From: Guillardia theta CCMP2712 | Taxonomy: Eukaryota; Protista; Cryptophyta | Assembly (NCBI RefSeq): GCF_000315625.1 | Contig: NW_005434569.1 | Span: 62,001 to 126,000 of the forward strand | Reading direction: 5' to 3' | Length of the DNA: 64,000 nt | Shown: piece after piece, positions 57,466-64,000 of the stretch | How the letters are laid out: each line of letters begins with the position of its first letter | Numbering within the stretch: position 1 is the first letter of the stretch | The notes under the pieces: generated by a model | What the model was told of the DNA's origin: nothing | The model's input: only the letters and a program-made list of their open reading frames with translations | Database searches by the model: none | Position numbers and translations under genes: made by a program

Positions 57466-60400
57466 ATGGGAGGAGGAAAATTGGACCTCAGTGAAGAATT
57501 GATCAAGACTCATCCTGAGTTACAGATGGACACATTCCTCAAAGGATCGGTGACGTCACAGGAGGAATTGGATGAACTTTTGCTTCCGATTCAGAATGCA
57601 ATGAATCGTTATCGGACAGGATTGGGCTTGTGTCTTTTCCCGCTGATACGAGAGTTTCCACTCGATCAACTCGGTAATTTTGGTGGTGAGTTTCATACTG
57701 TATGGGAAAAGAACAAGAGTGTGAATGTGGATGGCGAGTTGACGGAGGAATGGAAAAGGCAGGTCGTTTTGCTTTTCCTGAATGCCAAATTTTGTTGGAG
57801 GAAGAGCGGGCAGATTCGAGATTATGTGGAGCAGTTGCAAAATTTGTCCAAGACGGTGTCGGATCAGTATGGTAGTCCTGTTGATGACGGTGATTCCGGC
57901 AACCCAGTGAGTGCTTCTCAGAGTGGCAAGAAGAAAAAGAAGGGGGTAAGCCGAAGGGATTCTGATGGCAAGGAGATGGATGCCGCGATGATTAACGCGT
58001 TATATGAAGACGTTGAATATTTTCTCCTGGAGCTTGGCCAATACTTTCGATCCTATCTGAAGCCATTATTTCCTGTTCCATGGGCTATGTCAGGAGGATT
58101 CAAGTCCAAGTTGGCTCCGATCAAAGCTCTGGCGTATATGATATGGGAAGTCAGAAAGCGCAGTGGGAATCTCAATGCCACTCCGGATAAAACGCGGATG
58201 GAGCTTCTGACGCTGGCAAAGTCGAAATTGCCTGACATATCTACCTTCCACAGCGTTATGGTCCAGATGAAGATCCTGCTTAACAAGTTGGAAGATGTAG
58301 CGGGAGAGGAATCTGTGAAAGCCTTGGAAATGATTTTGGTGGAGGAGCTGATCAAGCAATGTTATGTTTCAGATTGTATTGATATTCGAGATGTCGCGCG
58401 CTTGAATAAGCGGTCCAAGTTGTCAACCGAATTGACTTGGGAGGAGGTGTACTCTTGGGCTGTGAATTTGCATGATGAACAGGTATTTTTTACTGCTGGG
58501 GGTGAGAAAACACAGTCGGGCACTGCGTCAGTTAATGTGGCAGCCTCGGAGGTGCAAGCTACGGTCAGTCAACCGAATGCAGACAAGGCGTCTGAAAGTG
58601 GAGGACAGGGTGGTAAGGAAAAGGGAGACTCGAGAGGCAGCAATGAGTCGTCGCCTGTGGATAATGCATCTGGCAGTCAGGAGGATGGAAGCACGTTGGA
58701 CGCGAGGGAGAGTACGCGAGGCCGAGGTGAGCCTCCGGGTCAGGGAATGCGGCGCAGGGGCGCCTACCATGTTGATGGGTCTCGTGGCGGCTACGGTCGT
58801 GGAGGCTCCGCTGGTGCTGGATCGAATGATTTTCGAAATCACCAAGGAAGAGCCGGTGGTTTTCAAGGGAATAATTTTCGGGGAAGAGGCTCAGGATTTC
58901 GAGGTCATCATCAGCAGCGGGGGAAGCCGTATGATCGTCCGGCTGGTAGAGGGATGCGCGGACGAGGTAGAGGGGAGCATTGGACGACGCATAACTACAA
59001 TCCACGCAGAGGCGAGTCTGATGGTTTCTCAAGAGGTGATCGTTCGGGAGGATATCATGAGCGGCGAAACAATGTGCATGAATTTTCTCCTCAGGCTCTC
59101 GGCGAGGCGGTACTGCGCTTGGCCAGGGAAATCCAGGGGGGAAGGAGGTCAGGTGCAGACGGTGAGCAGCCGGTTGGACCATGGCAGGAGACGTTTGAGC
59201 CTAACCATCGGGGACGTGGCCGTAGTCCGGTGTCGGACAATCCTTTTGAGAGGACGGTACAGCAAAATGTTTCAGAAAGCAATGCTCAGGCAGGTCGCCG
59301 TCAGGCGGAATGGCGATCCTTCTTTGCGTTTCAGTTTGGCATTGATTCAACGATGTCGATGACTGATATTCAAGGAATGGCAATGCAGAGTATGGTGGGA
59401 GACGGTGACGGAAGGGTTGTCAATTTTTTGCTTGATTCGGGTGCAAATGTTACCATGGTTGGGGACGAATCCCTCCTCTCAGACGTACAATCGGGAGACG
59501 ATTTCTTTGTCATGACGGCAGGAGGAAAGATTAATTGTACCAAGTATGGCAAGCTAAATTTGCAAATTGTCGGTGCAGATGGTGAGTCGGACAATATAGT
59601 ATTGGAGAATGTTCGAGTTTGTCCTGTCCTTCCTGTACCACTTGTGAGTCTGGATGATTTTCTGGGATCCAAGTATTACATTGTTGCACGGGGGTCGAAG
59701 AACACGGTCAAATCCTATGTGGCTTCGGAGGATGGCAAGATCAGGATTCCTCTGATTCAGCGGGACAAGTTGTATTTGTTGACAACCAGAGGTCCGATGC
59801 ATGATTCTGTGGCAGGTGATGTGCCAATCTTTTGTGTTTCAGCGGAGGCTGGAACAGTTTGTTTGACTAAAGCACATGTCACTCCTGGACCTTCTTTCGA
59901 TGGGCAGTCAACACAGAGTCTATCTGATGCGGTTCTGTGGCACATGAAAACGGGGCACCCTGATTGTCGAGTACAGAAGTTGCTTGCGGATACGGTCAAA
60001 TACATCACATTCAATAGGCGGTTGATTCATTCTCCGTGTCACGTGTGTAGGATTTCGAAATTTGTGTCACGCCCTGTTCACAAACAAACCTCATTTCGAC
60101 AGGAACGTGTTGGAGATGTAAATGCTCTGTGGTACGTAGACTTGAAAGATATGGTGGCAGTCTCTGAACCATCGGGTTATCGTTACTTTCTTATAGTTGT
60201 CGACGCTTTTTCCGGATACCTGATTGTGCGTCCCATGAAGTCCAAGAGTCAAACGAGTGATATTCTGATGGAGTTACTTCGACAGGAGGAGAAAAGTGTC
60301 AAGAGAAACGGAGTTCAACGCATCATATCTGATAACGGCAGTGAGTTTTCTTCTTCAGAGTTGGAGGCATTCGTTCGTGAGACGGGTTTGAAGTGGGATC

Positions 60401-61986
60401 GGATTCCTGATTACAGTCAAGTTTACAATTCGCTGGCTGAGAGAGGAATTCGAGCAGTCAGTACTATCCACAGAACTTTGCTCAAACAGAGTGCTTTGCC
60501 TATCGAGAAATGGGAATTTTCTGTTATGCAGGCTACGTACTTGTACAATGCTCTCCCGAGTTTCAGGAATTTCGGCAATCTTTCTCCGTATACAATCTAT
60601 AATGGAGATGTTTTCGACTTCAAATCTCTCAAGACCTTTGGGTGTATGACATTCTTCAAGAATAATGTACGCAGTTCGAAGATTGAAGATCCAGCTAAAC
60701 AGGGCATTATGCTCGGAAATGCAAACGCTTTTCCTGGGCATACCATTGGCTACTTGGTATGGTGTGTTGACGACAACAAAATCTATCACACGAATAATCT
60801 GACCTGTGATGAATTCTTCTTTCCATTTCGACGTGCGGGACGGATGAATTGGCAAGAGGATCCTGAAGTGGTGGTAAAGCACGATATTGACATGGAGGAT
60901 GATTCGCCTGTCAAGGGTGTTGAAGATGAACGGTCAGAGGCAGTGAATGCTGGGACTAGTGGTCGTCGAAAGAGAACACGGTTGGAGGATCATTCACTGG
61001 AGTCGGATGATGAGGGGGTAAGGGCTGCTGAGATGGTGTGCCAGGACAGCGATGAAGATTATGTGCCTACAGTGATGGTTGACGGTGGCCGAGAGGATGC
61101 GGATCATACGGATACAGAGGCAGCGTCGTCGACCAAAACATGTCGTACCAGACGAGACTTTCGTAAGCAGAGACGGGATGCCGAAAACCGCTTCATCAAC
61201 AGGCGGGCTGAAGTTGTAATGGATGATGGGAAGGTTCGAACGGGGACGATTACTCAAGTTGTCTTCAAAGACGATACATTCTTGGTGCGTGTTACGTTTG
61301 ACGACAAGTACTGGATATTAATCCATCCGGACAGTGAGAGCGTACGGATTTTGTCTATGGGGAAGGAAGTTACCATGATTGCTATGTCGGAGGCAGAGAC
61401 ATCTGAGTTGTTGCCTGGGGATGAGCTACAATCAGGAGTTTTGCCGAAGAATGTCTTCGAGTTGACAGGGTGTAACGATTATTACTTTCGAGCGTTTCCT
61501 CAAAAGGGGGATAACATCCTTTCGCAGCTGGTGGAAAAGACAGTTCGAGGAAATCCCGATGTCTTTCTTATGCACAGGAAGTCTCCTCTGTCATCTCAGC
61601 TGGTACCTGGAAAGGTGCTCAACGGCGATGGAAAAGAGGTACTGTTCGTATTGGACGAGGGTAATCGTTCGACTACTTCTCAGCACTCTGCACGATGGAT
61701 ACCATTGAGACGGGAACGGTGGAATGATGTGGTCCCACTCATGGAGCCAGGGGATGACATTGATGTTGCTCGTGATCCAGACTGTATTGATCTTGGTACA
61801 AGTGAGTTGACACAATGTTTTCCCAGACTCTCGTATGCTTGTCACCAACATGGCGCTAGTTGTTCCTGTATGGGAAGCTGTCAAACTCTCTGCAGCATTT
61901 CTGTCGCGAGCTCCGCCATCAGTACAAGACTCGAGTTCGACGGCAGATCCTCGCAATCGAAGGGAGATGTTGTTGCACAAGGATAG
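57466..61986 (+). CDS. Copia Gag-protease-integrase polyprotein with a C-terminal extension
   Basis: FLLDSGANVTM (protease), LWHMKTGHP...CHVC (HHCC), YVDL, ISDNGSEF and LAERG with D(35)E spacing, and LKTFGC. Confidence 0.93.
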   Translation: MGGGKLDLSEELIKTHPELQMDTFLKGSVTSQEELDELLLPIQNAMNRYRTGLGLCLFPLIREFPLDQLGNFGGEFHTVWEKNKSVNVDGELTEEWKRQVVLLFLNAKFCWRKSGQIRDYVEQLQNLSKTVSDQYGSPVDDGDSGNPVSASQSGKKKKKGVSRRDSDGKEMDAAMINALYEDVEYFLLELGQYFRSYLKPLFPVPWAMSGGFKSKLAPIKALAYMIWEVRKRSGNLNATPDKTRMELLTLAKSKLPDISTFHSVMVQMKILLNKLEDVAGEESVKALEMILVEELIKQCYVSDCIDIRDVARLNKRSKLSTELTWEEVYSWAVNLHDEQVFFTAGGEKTQSGTASVNVAASEVQATVSQPNADKASESGGQGGKEKGDSRGSNESSPVDNASGSQEDGSTLDARESTRGRGEPPGQGMRRRGAYHVDGSRGGYGRGGSAGAGSNDFRNHQGRAGGFQGNNFRGRGSGFRGHHQQRGKPYDRPAGRGMRGRGRGEHWTTHNYNPRRGESDGFSRGDRSGGYHERRNNVHEFSPQALGEAVLRLAREIQGGRRSGADGEQPVGPWQETFEPNHRGRGRSPVSDNPFERTVQQNVSESNAQAGRRQAEWRSFFAFQFGIDSTMSMTDIQGMAMQSMVGDGDGRVVNFLLDSGANVTMVGDESLLSDVQSGDDFFVMTAGGKINCTKYGKLNLQIVGADGESDNIVLENVRVCPVLPVPLVSLDDFLGSKYYIVARGSKNTVKSYVASEDGKIRIPLIQRDKLYLLTTRGPMHDSVAGDVPIFCVSAEAGTVCLTKAHVTPGPSFDGQSTQSLSDAVLWHMKTGHPDCRVQKLLADTVKYITFNRRLIHSPCHVCRISKFVSRPVHKQTSFRQERVGDVNALWYVDLKDMVAVSEPSGYRYFLIVVDAFSGYLIVRPMKSKSQTSDILMELLRQEEKSVKRNGVQRIISDNGSEFSSSELEAFVRETGLKWDRIPDYSQVYNSLAERGIRAVSTIHRTLLKQSALPIEKWEFSVMQATYLYNALPSFRNFGNLSPYTIYNGDVFDFKSLKTFGCMTFFKNNVRSSKIEDPAKQGIMLGNANAFPGHTIGYLVWCVDDNKIYHTNNLTCDEFFFPFRRAGRMNWQEDPEVVVKHDIDMEDDSPVKGVEDERSEAVNAGTSGRRKRTRLEDHSLESDDEGVRAAEMVCQDSDEDYVPTVMVDGGREDADHTDTEAASSTKTCRTRRDFRKQRRDAENRFINRRAEVVMDDGKVRTGTITQVVFKDDTFLVRVTFDDKYWILIHPDSESVRILSMGKEVTMIAMSEAETSELLPGDELQSGVLPKNVFELTGCNDYYFRAFPQKGDNILSQLVEKTVRGNPDVFLMHRKSPLSSQLVPGKVLNGDGKEVLFVLDEGNRSTTSQHSARWIPLRRERWNDVVPLMEPGDDIDVARDPDCIDLGTSELTQCFPRLSYACHQHGASCSCMGSCQTLCSISVASSAISTRLEFDGRSSQSKGDVVAQG

Positions 61987-63574
61987 AGAATTGTGGGAGG
62001 CAGCTGAACGAGCTGAGATTCAAAAGATGGAAGAAAGGCGAGTTTGGGAAGTGGTCCCGAGGTCTGATGAAACTCGAGGTAAAATTCTTGCGAGAGCGAT
62101 GTGGGTTTATTCATCAAAGAGAGATTTACATGGCAACATTCTGAAGAGAAAAGCAAGGTTGGTTGTGATGGGCAATCTTTTACCCACGTCCGAGGAGTTG
62201 TTTGCGCCGACGACGTCGATGGATAACATTCGGTTGTTACTCAGCATAGCGGCAGGAAATGGATGGATTATCGCCTTCCGAGATATCGCGGCCGCGTTCC
62301 TATACAGTGAATTGAACGAACCGATGTTCATGATACCGCCTGACATCATGGCTTTGCCTCCGAATGTTTTGCTCAAAGTAACCAAAGCGATATATGGGAC
62401 GCGAACGGCTCCGCGACGATGGTGGGAAAAGCTGTCTCGGGAATTCCTGCGTCTGGGAGCGGAACCTGTGGGACATGATGAAATCATTTACAGATATGAA
62501 CACAACGGCTCAAGAATTCTCATCACGACATGGGTGGATGATCTTCTCCTGGTATGTGAGAATCAAGAAGTCTGTAATTATTTTTTGGACTGCTTGAGCA
62601 AGGTATTCGACTTTTCTGGAAGTGAAGCTACAGGTACATTCCTGGGTATTCGTGTTCACCAAGATTTGACGAAAGGAACTATTACCTTGAGTCAGAAGCA
62701 TTTTATTGAACAGCTGGTTGAGAAATTTGGAATAGCTCTTCGTTCAGTGTTTACTATCTTGCCTGGAGTGTACATGCGGAGTTATCATCTAGAGGGAGAA
62801 TTGTTGGATAAGTTCTCGGTGAGACAATATCAGGCTCTTCTTGGAACAATCTTGTACGTTGCTAATGGGACAAGAGCTGATATTTCATTCGCGGTCAGTC
62901 TCTTAAGCAGATTTGCACGGGCACCCAGAGTGCGTGACTGGGATGCATTGGTTCACTTGGCGAGGTATCTGTACACGACGAGAGATATTTGTATTGTTTA
63001 CCATCAGAGAGGTGTATCTGTTAATCAGGAGGTGTTTCACAATGAACTCGTAGCTGCGAGTGATAGTGACTGGGGGACGGATGTCTTGACGCGACGAAGT
63101 CAGTCCGGATGGGCTATCGTAATGAACGGAGGAGTTATTTCATATGGTTCGAAAGCGCAGAAAGTGATATCACTTTCATCGTCAGAGGCAGAAATCTATG
63201 CGACATCGGTAGTCGCCAAGCATATCAAGATGTATCGAAGCTTACTTCAACAGTTAGGGTTTTGCCAGCAACGTCCGACGATGCTCCTGCTGGATAATGA
63301 GCCGTGTATTCGTTTGTTGACCGAGAAACGAGCATATTCTAGACTGAAGCACATCGACTTACGTGCTAAGTTTGCTGTTCTCATGGTGGATGAGGGAGAA
63401 TTACTTCCTGTGAAAGTTCCTACTAAGTTTCAGCCTGCGGACCTGTTCACGAAAATTCTGCCGTTTACGAGGTGGAAAGCAATTGGTTCGTTTCTATTTG
63501 GAGAAGATTTCAACGCTCAAGGGGTATGCTGCAGTGATGACTCTCATCCTAATGAGAACGATGGCACTCTGTGA
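61835..63574 (+). CDS. Copia reverse transcriptase-RNase H, in the +1 frame relative to ORF1
   Basis: DPRN...WEAAERAEI, KARLVVMG, FAPT, DIAAAFL, KAIYGTRTAPRRW, WVDDLL, SDSDWG, RRSQSG, SSSEAE, KHIDLR and ADLFTK. Confidence 0.95.
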   Translation: MLVTNMALVVPVWEAVKLSAAFLSRAPPSVQDSSSTADPRNRREMLLHKDRELWEAAERAEIQKMEERRVWEVVPRSDETRGKILARAMWVYSSKRDLHGNILKRKARLVVMGNLLPTSEELFAPTTSMDNIRLLLSIAAGNGWIIAFRDIAAAFLYSELNEPMFMIPPDIMALPPNVLLKVTKAIYGTRTAPRRWWEKLSREFLRLGAEPVGHDEIIYRYEHNGSRILITTWVDDLLLVCENQEVCNYFLDCLSKVFDFSGSEATGTFLGIRVHQDLTKGTITLSQKHFIEQLVEKFGIALRSVFTILPGVYMRSYHLEGELLDKFSVRQYQALLGTILYVANGTRADISFAVSLLSRFARAPRVRDWDALVHLARYLYTTRDICIVYHQRGVSVNQEVFHNELVAASDSDWGTDVLTRRSQSGWAIVMNGGVISYGSKAQKVISLSSSEAEIYATSVVAKHIKMYRSLLQQLGFCQQRPTMLLLDNEPCIRLLTEKRAYSRLKHIDLRAKFAVLMVDEGELLPVKVPTKFQPADLFTKILPFTRWKAIGSFLFGEDFNAQGVCCSDDSHPNENDGTL

Positions 63575-64000
63575 GCATCTTGACATGTAGTACGCGAAGG
63601 GTGGAGTTCATGCTGGTTGAGTGGAGTGAAGTCAGCCATGGGAGGCGCAGTTGCAGGACATGGGGGGAAAGATTTTCTACAGAATCAACGCAGTATGATT
63701 TCTGTCGCAACTGTGTGCTGACTGTAGTTGTAGAGACTGCCTGGAGACAGCGCTTTGGGAGCAACTTTGAACTTCAGTGGGATTCATCCCAGCTTGAATA
63801 CAATGGGGTTCATCGTACAGCTGGTATCAACGAGCAATCGCCTACACCAATCTCTGATTCAGGGAGGGAGAACCTTGGCAGGAAGGTTTGATATTGAGAA
63901 GTAGAATCAGATGATTGGCGTGGCGTGGTATCAAGCTTCTTCTCCCGAAGACTGTTCAAGGAACTCTAGGTCAAGTCAAGCAGGTTAGGATGTGAAGCCT

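Larger units (their letters stand above)
56109..64000 (+). mobile_element. Ty1/copia LTR retrotransposon; 3' LTR not in the window and 5' boundary tentative
   Basis: Domain order Gag-PR-IN-RT-RNaseH. Candidate 5' LTR TGTT(56109)...AACA(56720) followed by a PBS-like motif. The copia identity is strong and the left boundary is weak. Confidence 0.9.

Noticed and set aside
63575-64000. 3' LTR, polypurine tract or env-like ORF 63571-63891
   Set aside because: No similarity to the sequence upstream of gag, and the short ORF has no TM segment or motif. The element end is probably outside the window.

Overview
Eukaryotic nuclear DNA with many short GT-AG introns (often about 45-60 nt) and introns filled with simple repeats. 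The style suggests a cryptophyte alga such as Guillardia, which is inferred and not verified. In order, the window holds: a partial SAMHD1-like dNTPase; a long secreted glycosyltransferase-like/Asp-box gene; a four-domain prosaposin-like gene; a P2X-receptor-like channel gene of about 20 exons that the ORF track misses; a probable membrane protein; CDK1; a BTB protein with a duplicated unknown domain; a DNAH6-like dynein heavy chain; a hypothetical gene; a Zn2Cys6 transcription factor; a TRPV-like channel; RBBP6/MPE1; SPEF1; and a Ty1/copia retrotransposon that runs off the right end. Three observations stand out. (1) The copia element is unusual: an RG-rich Gag with no zinc knuckle, a Tudor-like domain plus an unknown domain after integrase, and an RT in the +1 frame that a candidate intron would join. 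(2) The P2X channel appears to lack several canonical motif residues. (3) A recurring upstream architecture combines a GC-rich palindromic island, oriented ACCCC tracts and (AGGAG)n. All exon models were assembled by eye and no database searches were run.
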